The notes: generated by a model not told the origin, from the letters alone. Counted from the first letter of the stretch, positions 24,300 to 32,576 are shown. The stretch: DNA of 53,059 bases from Candidatus Doudnabacteria bacterium (GCA_903908535.1 CAIVSE010000033.1:1-53059); one strand, 5' to 3'. Program-made: numbers and translations.

Positions 24300-24354
24300 A
24301 AGGGCAAGAACCGGCCTTGGCCGGCAACTACAATCCAATGGGGGTAACATATAG

Positions 24355-24756
24355 ATGAGAAAGATAGGTTTTGGAAGGCAGTTAGGCATTAGTCGACCGT
24401 GCGCGCGTTGTCCGCACCAGCTTCGGAATTCCCGTAAGAGGAGCCGGTACAAGGACAGTAGCACTCATGTTTTAAATAAGCTGGAGCAGTGCCCGGAGGA
24501 CATTCGCGACTGCATTTCGGAATTGAAGTCCCGCGCAGAAATTGGAAGCAGGCAGCCATCGCATCTGGCCCGGCAGATTTATTATGTGGCCAAGGAAATC
24601 GGCCGCCGCATAAAAAAGATCGGATGGTATATCGAAGAGTTTGCCATCACGGTTTTGGCCATCCAGGCCAAAAGCGAGGCGGTACAGTTCCGGTTTTTGT
24701 TCGGATCTTCCATTTTTGTCATTAACCTCCTGCCGGAGGACGCCCTGTCAGCGTAG
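24355..24756 (+). CDS. Hypothetical protein (uncertain; the unit could instead be non-coding)
   Basis: This is the only long sense ORF between a promoter-like site and a strong terminator. The Arg/Cys-rich N-terminus looks atypical and no family was recognised. Confidence 0.35.
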   Translation: MRKIGFGRQLGISRPCARCPHQLRNSRKRSRYKDSSTHVLNKLEQCPEDIRDCISELKSRAEIGSRQPSHLARQIYYVAKEIGRRIKKIGWYIEEFAITVLAIQAKSEAVQFRFLFGSSIFVINLLPEDALSA

Positions 24757-24768
24757 TTTTCTTTCCGT

Positions 24769-24803
24769 GGCCGCCCGCCAGTTTTATCCGGGCGGCCTTT
24801 TTT
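24769..24803 (+). terminator. Rho-independent terminator
   Basis: GGCCGCCCG-CCAGTTTTATC-CGGGCGGCC is followed by TTTTTT. Confidence 0.8.
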
Positions 24804-24820
24804 ATGCTAAAATACAGTAT

Positions 24821-25618
24821 ATGCAAATTGCTAACTTTAACAAAATCAAACCCAAGCAACTGATAGTTTTTGACATGGATGGCACCTTAACCCCCACCAA
24901 AGCCCCCATGGACAGGGAAATGACGGCTTTAATGGCCAAATTACTTTTGGTTAAAAAAGTCGCGGTTATTGGCGGCGGCAAATACCAGCTGTTTAAACAG
25001 CAGCTGCTGCAGCCGCTAAAAGTCAAAAAAGAATTATTTAAAAATTTATTTTTATTTCCCACCACCTCCACGGCTTTTTATAAATACAATGGCGGCTGGA
25101 AAAATGTTTATCTTTTACAATTAAGCCAACAGGAACGCCAAAAAATTAAAGCAACCTTTCAAAGAGTGTTTGATGAGATAGGCTACCGCCAGCCCGAAAA
25201 GATTTATGGCAAGGTTATAGAGGACCGCGGCACCCAGGTGACATTTTCGGCTCTGGGGCAGGAAGTAGTGGCAATGCTCGGCAGGGTTAAGGGCGTGGCT
25301 TTAAAGGAGCAATGGAAGGAACACAATACTCCGGTGAAATTAAAAATCGCCGGACTGATGCAAAAATATTTGCCGGAACTGGAAGTCCGAGCCGCCGGCC
25401 ATACATCCGTTGACGTGACCAAAAAGGGGATAGATAAAGCTTACGGACTGCGGCAAATAGAAAAGCATCTTAAAGTTAAAATTAAGGATATGCTGTTTGT
25501 GGGGGACGCCATTTTCCCCGGCGGCAACGATTACGCCGTGACTAAAACCCCGGTGGATTATATTGCCGTTGCCGGACCGGAGCAGACAAAGGATATTATC
25601 AGGAAAATTTTAGGGTAA
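24821..25618 (+). CDS. HAD-IIB family hydrolase (phosphomannomutase-like fold)
   Basis: The internal Met gives MQIANFNKIKPKQLIVFDMDGTLT (HAD motif I). The protein also has VGDAIFPGGNDY (motif IV). The longer track ORF crosses the upstream terminator. Confidence 0.8.
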   Translation: MQIANFNKIKPKQLIVFDMDGTLTPTKAPMDREMTALMAKLLLVKKVAVIGGGKYQLFKQQLLQPLKVKKELFKNLFLFPTTSTAFYKYNGGWKNVYLLQLSQQERQKIKATFQRVFDEIGYRQPEKIYGKVIEDRGTQVTFSALGQEVVAMLGRVKGVALKEQWKEHNTPVKLKIAGLMQKYLPELEVRAAGHTSVDVTKKGIDKAYGLRQIEKHLKVKIKDMLFVGDAIFPGGNDYAVTKTPVDYIAVAGPEQTKDIIRKILG

Positions 25619-25623
25619 AAAAT

Positions 25624-25661
25624 AGCGGCCGTCCAAATGAATGGGCGACCGCTGGTTTGTT
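25624..25661 (+). terminator. Terminator after the HAD gene
   Basis: AGCGGCCGTCC-AAATGAAT-GGGCGACCGCT is followed by GGTTTGTT. Confidence 0.55.
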
Positions 25662-25683
25662 ATGCCGCGACAGATGAGGCCTC

Positions 25684-26028
25684 CTAAATTTGGTAGACCG
25701 CAGAGGCGGCGTTCAGGAATTTTTCCGGCCCGAGCGCTTCATATTTCATCCTGGCCTGCCTGGGCGAGAAGGGATGCAGGGCCAGAAGGACAATATTCTC
25801 CCGCGACAGTTCACATACCGGGCGTTCCGGGAACGGCTCGGTTACTCCGTAGAACCCAATTTTGTCTGAAGGGATAACCTGGGGCAATTTGTCATCGTGG
25901 TTTGGGTTATAGTACTTCATGGTAAACCCAAACACAGCTTGCGGTTGTTCCGGCGGCGTCCAGAATGGCCGTGGGAGCGCATTTGCGTCAGTCGTCAGCA
26001 CTGCTAAACACCAGTTTTGCGTCAACAT
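25684..26028 (-). CDS. Hypothetical protein (114 aa)
   Basis: The ORF overlaps the upstream gene by 41 nt in another frame. No family was recognised. Confidence 0.5.
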   Translation of the reverse strand: MLTQNWCLAVLTTDANALPRPFWTPPEQPQAVFGFTMKYYNPNHDDKLPQVIPSDKIGFYGVTEPFPERPVCELSRENIVLLALHPFSPRQARMKYEALGPEKFLNAASAVYQI

Positions 26029-26410
26029 GGACTTTCTCCTTGTGTTGCGTTGCGGCGAGTTGCCTGCTTCTTAAGGCCAAAATCCCTTCTTTATTCAAAG
26101 TATCTAACGTCTTGGTCACAGAAAGGCCTACTACCAACAAAGCTTGCGGCTTCGGGCACCTCCTGGTTGGGTGAAAATGGTTTCTGGTGTGGGAGTTGTC
26201 TATCCCAAAGGCCATAAAGTCCTTTGGCCCTTCGGGAGTAACAAATCCAAAACATTTGTAGGAACGCCACGCAACATCGTGGACGTCCGGCTGGAGAAGC
26301 AAATATCCCATGAGTCTGGGATTAGCTTTTAATCTTCTTTTCCAATATTCCTTGTAGGCGTTTGTGAGGCTGTCGGGATTATCGTAAAATGCCAGGCATG
26401 TACATTCCAT
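25988..26410 (-). CDS. Hypothetical protein (140 aa; possible HTH near the C-terminus)
   Basis: The start was chosen at MECTCLAF because AAGGGGGA lies 5 nt upstream. No family was recognised. Confidence 0.55.
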   Translation of the reverse strand: MECTCLAFYDNPDSLTNAYKEYWKRRLKANPRLMGYLLLQPDVHDVAWRSYKCFGFVTPEGPKDFMAFGIDNSHTRNHFHPTRRCPKPQALLVVGLSVTKTLDTLNKEGILALRSRQLAATQHKEKVHVDAKLVFSSADD

Positions 26411-26457
26411 ATTATCCCCCTTAAGTTTTTCAAAACCAAACAAAAAACCGGATGCTG

Positions 26458-27432
26458 TTAAAGCAATCCGATTTTTTGTTTGACTTCAAATAATGTTTGG
26501 GCTGCGACTTTGTGGGCACGGTTTGCCCCGTCAGCCAGCACTTCGGCCAGATACTCCTTTTTTCCCAATAATTCCTGTTTCTTTTCCCTGTATTCCACAA
26601 AGTAATTCCCAATGTCCCGGGCTAGAATTTCTTTGAGTTCGCTGAATTTTAAGCTATCATTTTTTTGCTGGCCGCGGAAGTAATCCGTTTGTTCCTTAGT
26701 GCCAAAATGTTCCAGCAGCAAAAATAAGTTTTCCACTCCCGGGGATTTTTTGCCTCCCTCTGTGGCCGTAACCGCTTTTTTTAACTTTCGCATTATTTCT
26801 TTTGGTTCGTCATCCATTAACAGCGCTTCGTCGCCGGTTTTGCTCATTTTCTTTTCCGGGTCGGTAAGGCTCATAATCCGCAACGGTTTGCGCATGTAGG
26901 TTTGCGGTTCCGGAAAAATTTTGCCAAAGCGATTATTAAATTTGCGGGCTACCGTACGGGCAAGTTCTATGTGTTGTGTTTGGTCGTCTCCCACCGGCAC
27001 CGCAGTGGCTTTATAGATTAAAATATCGGCCGCCATCAAAATTGGGTAGGTAAGCAAGCCGGAGTTTGCCTGGTCTTCTGATTGGGCTTTGTCCTTAAAT
27101 TGTGTCATCCGGTACAGCTCGCCAAGCGGGGTCAGGCAGTTAAAAACCCAGGATAGGGTTGCGTGTTCCAAAACGTGGTTTTGCAGGAAAAATATTGATT
27201 TTTTAGGATCTATTCCCGCGGCCAAGTAGGTTGCGGCAACATCTAAAGTATTGCTTGAAAGCTCTTTTGGATTAAAGCTTGTAGTCATGCCGTGCAAATC
27301 GGCAATAAAAAAGTAGCATTGGGTAGTTTCTTTTTTTTGCAATTCCAGCCATTGCTTGAGGGCGCCCAAGTAGTTACCAATATGTAGCTTGCCTGAAGCT
27401 CTGGCGCCTGATACTATGGTCTCTGATTTCAT
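26458..27432 (-). CDS. trpS: Tryptophan--tRNA ligase
   Basis: The class I signatures KLHIGNYLGA (HIGH) and KMSKT are present in a ~325-aa protein. Confidence 0.92.
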   Translation of the reverse strand: MKSETIVSGARASGKLHIGNYLGALKQWLELQKKETTQCYFFIADLHGMTTSFNPKELSSNTLDVAATYLAAGIDPKKSIFFLQNHVLEHATLSWVFNCLTPLGELYRMTQFKDKAQSEDQANSGLLTYPILMAADILIYKATAVPVGDDQTQHIELARTVARKFNNRFGKIFPEPQTYMRKPLRIMSLTDPEKKMSKTGDEALLMDDEPKEIMRKLKKAVTATEGGKKSPGVENLFLLLEHFGTKEQTDYFRGQQKNDSLKFSELKEILARDIGNYFVEYREKKQELLGKKEYLAEVLADGANRAHKVAAQTLFEVKQKIGLL

Positions 27433-27459
27433 ATAGGTATTATAGCACAAGAGTTAATT

Positions 27460-28149
27460 TTATTGGGTTATCTCCGCCACGGTCGCATCGGCTAAGATTT
27501 TCATGGTGTCATAGATCTTGATGTTGTTTTGCTGGGGGATTAGCAATTGTAAATCGGTACAGGCCAAAATGATATTTTTGACATTCTTTTTTCCAAAATC
27601 TTGGATTACTGTGAGTAGCATATCCCTATCCTTGTTGTCGTATCGGCTGGAGACTATATTGTGTAAAAGTTTGCCAATTTTGGCTTGTTGCAGATTATCT
27701 GGTATTATAGAGGTAATGCCTTTTGCTTTGAGTGGTTGTTCATAGAGTTTACTTTTGGTGGTTATAGGTGTGGCAATAATCCCAACTTTTTTTATCGGTT
27801 GCTTTTTTAAGAATTTTGATGTTTCTTCTAAGATACTTAAGACCGGTATTTTTACCGATTCCCTTACCCCTTTTATAAATTTATGCAAAGAATTGCAGGG
27901 TAGAACTATAAAATCAGCCCCAGCTTTTTCCAAATTTTTTGCTGCTGCTAATAGTAATGGTAGGATTCTTTCTTCTCCGATACCGTCCGCTATGGCGTTT
28001 TTCTCGACATCAAATCGTAGGGGAATACTATCCACAAGGACGTGTGGATAACTAATTTTGTTTATCTTTTTGCACGAGAAAATTAGCTCTAAATAAAATT
28101 CAGAGGTTGTTTCCGGACCGAGACCGCCAATTATGCCAACTGTTTTCAT
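27460..28149 (-). CDS. Aspartate/glutamate racemase-family protein
   Basis: It starts MKTVGIIGGLGPETTSEFY and has the two catalytic Cys regions (VLPCNSLH, ILACTDL). Confidence 0.85.
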   Translation of the reverse strand: MKTVGIIGGLGPETTSEFYLELIFSCKKINKISYPHVLVDSIPLRFDVEKNAIADGIGEERILPLLLAAAKNLEKAGADFIVLPCNSLHKFIKGVRESVKIPVLSILEETSKFLKKQPIKKVGIIATPITTKSKLYEQPLKAKGITSIIPDNLQQAKIGKLLHNIVSSRYDNKDRDMLLTVIQDFGKKNVKNIILACTDLQLLIPQQNNIKIYDTMKILADATVAEITQ

Positions 28150-28305
28150 AAAATATTGTTTAATGTTAAAGAAAAACACCTGTGCGAAGCCTAGGTGTTA
28201 CATGACAAAAACCAAGGACTTTGCTATTGCAAGTCCCAGCGCCAAGTTATTAAATTTAGTCCGTTACTTTTCATAGTTAAATACTACAACGTTTAATAGT
28301 AGATG

Positions 28306-28893
28306 TCAATCTAAGTCATCCAAGGGGCGCCCTTGCAAACCCATTACAAACTGTAAGTATTTGAGGGGATCGTTATTGAATACATTTAAAATTATATTTT
28401 TATCACATAATGGATCGTCAATAAGGCCTAAAATTCCTTTAAGACTAGAATATTGATAGTTTACAGAGTCTTTTGGGTTTAGGTGAATATAGGCAGATAA
28501 ATTACTAAAATAACTGTCGGTGGTGACCAATTTGGCTTTAAACCTGTCCTGAAACACATGCCCTATATGATTATACTTTTTGTTAAAGTACATTGAATAG
28601 CTGGTGCAAAGTTTTAACACTAATTTGGATATTGGGATTTCCGCGTTTTGCCTAATAAAAAAATGGTAATGGTTAGTCATTAAACAGTAGCTGACTATAG
28701 TAAAGGAGCTTTTTGGCAACGGTTTGACTTTCAAGGGGCGCCCTAGGTAAGGGATATCCAAAATTATGTACAATCTTTTTAAAAAGTTGGAAAAATCTTG
28801 TTTATCCACAAAGATGTCTTGTTTATTATTACCCCTGTTGAAAACGTGATAAAATTGGCCCTTTTGAAGATTTTTGTTATCCCGGAATTGCAT
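28306..28893 (-). CDS. REP-associated tyrosine transposase (RAYT; Y1 HUH transposase, IS200-like fold)
   Basis: It contains QFYHVFNRGNN, the HUH motif in LMTNHYHFFI, GHVFQDRFKAK and the catalytic Tyr region AYIHLNP. The start was set at MQFRDNK because tandem repeats occupy the longer 5' extension. Confidence 0.85.
   Translation of the reverse strand: MQFRDNKNLQKGQFYHVFNRGNNKQDIFVDKQDFSNFLKRLYIILDIPYLGRPLKVKPLPKSSFTIVSYCLMTNHYHFFIRQNAEIPISKLVLKLCTSYSMYFNKKYNHIGHVFQDRFKAKLVTTDSYFSNLSAYIHLNPKDSVNYQYSSLKGILGLIDDPLCDKNIILNVFNNDPLKYLQFVMGLQGRPLDDLD
28322..28334. repeat. GC palindrome AAGGGGCGCCCTT (copy in the 3' codons of the RAYT gene)
   Basis: Read directly from the sequence. The motif was seen only at this locus in the window. 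Confidence 0.8.
28732..28747. repeat. GC palindrome CAAGGGGCGCCCTAGG (inside the RAYT ORF)
   Basis: Read directly from the sequence. It translates as LGRPL. Confidence 0.8.
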
Positions 28894-28914
28894 ATCTAAA
28901 TCATAACAAGAAGC

Positions 28915-28958
28915 AGATAACAAATAGATAACAAAAAGTTAACAGAAAGATAACAAAA
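28915..28958. repeat. Four ~11-bp-phased direct repeats AGATAACAAA / AGTTAACAGA
   Basis: AGATAACAAA starts at 28915, 28926 and 28948, and AGTTAACAGA at 28938. All lie upstream of the RAYT start. Confidence 0.75.
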
Positions 28959-28968
28959 GAGCACCCTT

Positions 28969-28984
28969 CTAGGGGCGCCCTTGT
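28969..28984. repeat. GC palindrome CTAGGGGCGCCCTTGT upstream of the RAYT gene
   Basis: Read directly from the sequence. It sits between the rnj stop and the RAYT start. Confidence 0.8.
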
Positions 28985-28988
28985 AAGC

Positions 28989-30842
28989 TTAGACCTCGAT
29001 GACTACCGGCAATACCATTGGCCGTCTTTCGGTCTTTTGGTACAGATATTCGCCAATTTCATCACGGATGACATTGCGGAGATAAGCCCAGTTGGGCTCC
29101 AGTTTTTCTTTACCCTTAGATTCAACCAGCTTCCGGACCTCGTGTTTAACCTCGCGAATTAGGTCATCATTACCCTTCATATAGATGAAACCGCGGGAAA
29201 TAATATCCGGCTGGTTCACCAGCTTGCCGCTGCGGCGGTCCAAAGTCATAATAATCACGAACATACCGTCCTGGGCCATAACCTGGCGGTCGCGGATAAC
29301 GACTTCACCCACGTCGCCAACGCCAAGACCATCTATAAAGACGTAGCCGGAGGCAATTTTGGCGTCTTCGGTAATTTTGGCTTCGCCGGCCGAGGTAATC
29401 TCCAGAATCTGGCCGTTGTCCAGCGAGAAAATCCGTTCCGGCGGAATGCCCATGGTCTGCGCCAGTTCGGCGTGGGTGACTATCATGTGGTGTTCGCCGT
29501 GGATAGGCATAAAGAACTTCGGTTTGACCAAGGCAATCATTAATTTTAATTCTTCCTGGTGCGCGTGGCCCGAGGTGTGGATGTCCAAAGTTTTGTTATA
29601 AATAACATGTGCCCCTAATCGGGTAAGATTCGACATGACTACGGCCACGGCGCGTTCATTGCCGGGAATGGGGGAGGCGCTGATAATGGCGGTATCACCC
29701 TTTTTAATTTTAATGGTTTTGTGGTCGCCGCGGGCAATGCGGGCCAAACCGGCGCCTTCTTCACCCTGCGAACCGGTGGTCAAGATGACAATCTGGCTGT
29801 CCGGATACTTTTTGGCCATCTCCGACTTAATAATTATTTTGGGCTGGATTTTAATGTAGCCTAAGGACAGCGCGATTTCTATATTGTTAACCATAGAACG
29901 TCCCGTAACAATAACTTTGCGGTTATATTTAGCCGCCGCGTTAAAGACCTGCTGGATGCGGGAAATGCTGGTGGAAAAGTTGGCAAAGACAATACGCCCT
30001 TTAATTTCGCTAAAAGTGCGCTCTATGGTGATGCCAATTTCGCGTTCACTGGCGCAGTAGCCGGGTTTAATGGCGTTGGTGGAGTCGGACATTAATAGCA
30101 GCACGCCTTCGGCGCCGAACTTGGCAATTTTATCAAATTCGGTGGGTTTGCCGTCCACCGGGGTGTGGTCGAATTTCCAGTCGGTGGCATAAACAATTTG
30201 CCCCACCGGCGTGGTAATGCACAGCCCCATACTGTCGGGAATGCTGTGGTTTAAGCGGAAAAAGCGAACTTTAAAGTTGCCCAAAGGCAACACGTCGTCT
30301 TTAGTTAAAACGTTAATTTTAGAGCGGCCCAAAAGACCAAACTCTTCCAAACGTTTTTTGATGAACCCGGCGGTTAAGGCCATGGTGTAAACCGGCGGGT
30401 CGCCGAGTTTGGGTAAAATATAAGGCACGGCGCCAATGTGGTCCAAATGGCCGTGGGTAATAATTACGCCGCGGATGCGCTTTTTATTGTCTTCCAGCCA
30501 TTTGGTGTCCGGAATAATATAGTCAATGCCGGGCATGGTGTCGTCCGGGAAGGCCAAACCCATGTCGATGATAATAATATCATCGCCATATTCAATGGCC
30601 GTCATGTTTTCCCCGACTTCTTCCACGCCGCCCATGGGGATAACGCGCAGGTTCTGGCGGGACGCCGTATAGCGGCTGGTCGCCAAAGGCACCGGCATTT
30701 TTTGCGGCTCGGCTATTGCCGCGGTAGTGGTGTTGGTGGCTTTATTGATTAAAGCCTCCAGGCGGTCTTCGGCCGCGCCCACAGGTTTTGGGGCCTGGGA
30801 CTTATTTTTACTATGGAACATATTTTTTCTCATCATGAGCAA
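28989..30842 (-). CDS. rnj: Ribonuclease J
   Basis: It has the metallo-beta-lactamase motif ITHGHLDHIGA, a beta-CASP region and a C-terminal domain. The N-terminal extension makes the exact start uncertain. Confidence 0.9.
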   Translation of the reverse strand: MLMMRKNMFHSKNKSQAPKPVGAAEDRLEALINKATNTTTAAIAEPQKMPVPLATSRYTASRQNLRVIPMGGVEEVGENMTAIEYGDDIIIIDMGLAFPDDTMPGIDYIIPDTKWLEDNKKRIRGVIITHGHLDHIGAVPYILPKLGDPPVYTMALTAGFIKKRLEEFGLLGRSKINVLTKDDVLPLGNFKVRFFRLNHSIPDSMGLCITTPVGQIVYATDWKFDHTPVDGKPTEFDKIAKFGAEGVLLLMSDSTNAIKPGYCASEREIGITIERTFSEIKGRIVFANFSTSISRIQQVFNAAAKYNRKVIVTGRSMVNNIEIALSLGYIKIQPKIIIKSEMAKKYPDSQIVILTTGSQGEEGAGLARIARGDHKTIKIKKGDTAIISASPIPGNERAVAVVMSNLTRLGAHVIYNKTLDIHTSGHAHQEELKLMIALVKPKFFMPIHGEHHMIVTHAELAQTMGIPPERIFSLDNGQILEITSAGEAKITEDAKIASGYVFIDGLGVGDVGEVVIRDRQVMAQDGMFVIIMTLDRRSGKLVNQPDIISRGFIYMKGNDDLIREVKHEVRKLVESKGKEKLEPNWAYLRNVIRDEIGEYLYQKTERRPMVLPVVIEV

Positions 30843-31147
30843 AAAACCTTTATAATTTAGGTTGCGCGCCTAAATAACTAAATTAATTAAGATATTAAAC
30901 ATCAGCGCTTCCCCAAGCACAGTGGGAAGTTAATGTTTCTACAATATGATGGCCTATACGGCCGATCAGATCGATTGCCAGCGCAAATTAACAAATGACA
31001 ACACAAAATAGGAGGATTTTTAAACTGTCATTTACTAATTTACCTTTTGTTTCTAAGGAATTTTAGAATCAGTACAGTCATTATAGCATAGGGGTGGAAT
31101 TCCGTCAAATTTGGATTTTTTATCCGTCATGTTATAATATGGTTACT

Positions 31148-31360
31148 ATGTATACAGCGGTTTATAAAAAATCAGGTAAATATTATTGTGGCTGGGTTTT
31201 AGAGGTACCCGGAGCAAACAGTCAAGCGACCACTAAAAAAGGGTTGGAAGCCAATTTAAAGGACGCTATAGAGTTGGTTTTGGAAGCCAGGGAAAAATAT
31301 TTACGTAAAGAACTGGGTACTGTTAAGATTTCCAAGTTGCCTTTAATATTGGCCAGTTAA
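31148..31360 (+). CDS. hicB: HicB-family antitoxin
   Basis: MYTAVYKKSGKYYCGWVLEVPGANSQATTKKGLEANLKDAIELVLE has the HicB/UPF0150 pattern. The gene lies directly upstream of hicA. Alternative starts are at 31139 and 31094. Confidence 0.75.
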   Translation: MYTAVYKKSGKYYCGWVLEVPGANSQATTKKGLEANLKDAIELVLEAREKYLRKELGTVKISKLPLILAS

Positions 31361-31368
31361 ATTCCTTT

Positions 31369-31563
31369 ATGAAGCGCAGGGATTTAATACGGTACATTTT
31401 GTCATTTGGATGTTTAGTAGGCCGGGAAGGTTCCAGACATACAGTTTTTATTAATCCCAATTCCGGTCAGGTGTCAACGGTCCCCAGGCATAATGAAATT
31501 AAAACTTTCTTAGGAAAAAAGATTTGCCAGGATTTAGGGATTCCGCTAATAAAGACAAAGTAA
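31369..31563 (+). CDS. hicA: HicA-family mRNA interferase toxin
   Basis: The 64-aa product carries EGSRHTVFINPNSGQVSTVPRHNEIKTFLGKKICQDLGI. Confidence 0.85.
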   Translation: MKRRDLIRYILSFGCLVGREGSRHTVFINPNSGQVSTVPRHNEIKTFLGKKICQDLGIPLIKTK

Positions 31564-31664
31564 AAATACTCATCTTTCAATGAGTATTTTTGGTGCAACC
31601 TGTTTGACGAAGTTGGAACCGTTTTAACCCAGAACTTGCTTTGATTTTGCCTATAAAATTACTG

Positions 31665-31934
31665 TCATTGGTTTTGCTGTGGGTTTAATGGCACCGCTTT
31701 GGCTACATTCTTAAATCTCCATTTGAAATAAAGGTAGCTGACCAAATAAGCAAAAATTGTATACCCAAAAAGTTCAATTAGGCTTTGCGCATCACGTGCG
31801 GCAACAACACTAAATAGGCATAAGACAAAGTTCGTAATTGTATAACCCGTTGTTATTTTTTTTGCATCTTCCGGCACAAAAATTTTATACAAAATCAGTA
31901 ATGCCCCCGCTAAGGATAATATATATAAAATCAA
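31665..31934 (-). CDS. Small membrane protein (3 TM segments)
   Basis: The product is hydrophobic. No family was recognised. Confidence 0.5.
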   Translation of the reverse strand: MILYILSLAGALLILYKIFVPEDAKKITTGYTITNFVLCLFSVVAARDAQSLIELFGYTIFAYLVSYLYFKWRFKNVAKAVPLNPQQNQ

Positions 31935-32036
31935 AGCAATTATAGCCTGTGAAGATAAGCCGCCTTGCGTTAAACTAGCCGGAAGAAGCGCGCCTAAGAT
32001 TACAAAAATGATAAACTGAATTATAATGAAATAGAT

Positions 32037-32576
32037 TTCTCCGCAGCTTGCTGCGGGGGCCCCTGCCCAGCTACAATAGGAGTATGAGTGAACCCATACG
32101 GAAACGACACAACGTCAATTGCCTGCTTTACCACCTGGTATGCCCTGCCAAGTACCGCAGAAAAGTGTTTTCCGAAGCCGTGGAGGCCACATTGAAGACC
32201 GTATGCTGTGATGCCATAGAATTTGGCTTTGAGATGCGCTTTGTGGAAATCGGGGCTGATGAAGACCATGTGCACTTCCTGATCCAGACTGTCCCGACAA
32301 TGCAGCCAAGCCGCATGGTCCAAATCATCAAAAGTATCACCGGACGCCAAATCTTCGAAAGACACCCGGAAGTCAAGAGAATGCTGTGGGGAGGGCAGTT
32401 TTGGACCAGCGGCTACTACATTAACACGGTAGGCCTCCACGGGAACGAGGAAACGATTAGGAAATACGTGGAAGGACAGGGAAAAGATTACAAATTAATA
32501 CACCGCGGACAGCTGACGTTGTTTGAAGGCCTGACATCCATCGGGCACTGATACCTCGCAGCTTGCTGCGGGGTGA
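32037..32576 (+). mobile_element. IS200/IS605-family insertion sequence (TnpA only)
   Basis: The same 17-nt hairpin-forming sequence CGCAGCTTGCTGCGGGG occurs at both ends (32042-32058 and 32557-32573), flanking a Y1 transposase gene. Confidence 0.85.
32084..32551 (+). CDS. tnpA: IS200/IS605-family Y1 transposase
   Basis: It contains YHLVCPAKYRRKVF, the HUH motif in DHVHFLIQ and the catalytic Tyr region WTSGYYINTVG. Confidence 0.92.
   Translation: MSEPIRKRHNVNCLLYHLVCPAKYRRKVFSEAVEATLKTVCCDAIEFGFEMRFVEIGADEDHVHFLIQTVPTMQPSRMVQIIKSITGRQIFERHPEVKRMLWGGQFWTSGYYINTVGLHGNEETIRKYVEGQGKDYKLIHRGQLTLFEGLTSIGH

Noticed and set aside
24300-24800. RNase P RNA, tmRNA or SRP RNA in the ychF-HAD spacer
   Set aside because: The signature strings are absent: GAGGAAAGTCC and ACAGAA..CGGCTTA for RNase P, a tRNA-like 3' end for tmRNA, and the GGAA-tetraloop helix-8 motif for SRP. 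The region is kept as an unknown unit in the findings.
25988-26028. Calling the two overlapping ORFs a pseudogene or frameshift
   Set aside because: There is no homologue in mind to show that a single longer protein is expected. The case is reported as uncertain rather than called a pseudogene.
28029-28051. Inverted pair of DnaA-box-like words (TATCCACA..TGTGGATAA)
   Set aside because: The pair lies inside the racemase coding sequence and has no adjacent AT-rich unwinding region. It is counted in the motif tally but not called a regulatory site or an origin.
32021-32440. 139-aa minus-strand ORF
   Set aside because: It is antisense to the IS200 tnpA gene and begins in the element's end hairpin.
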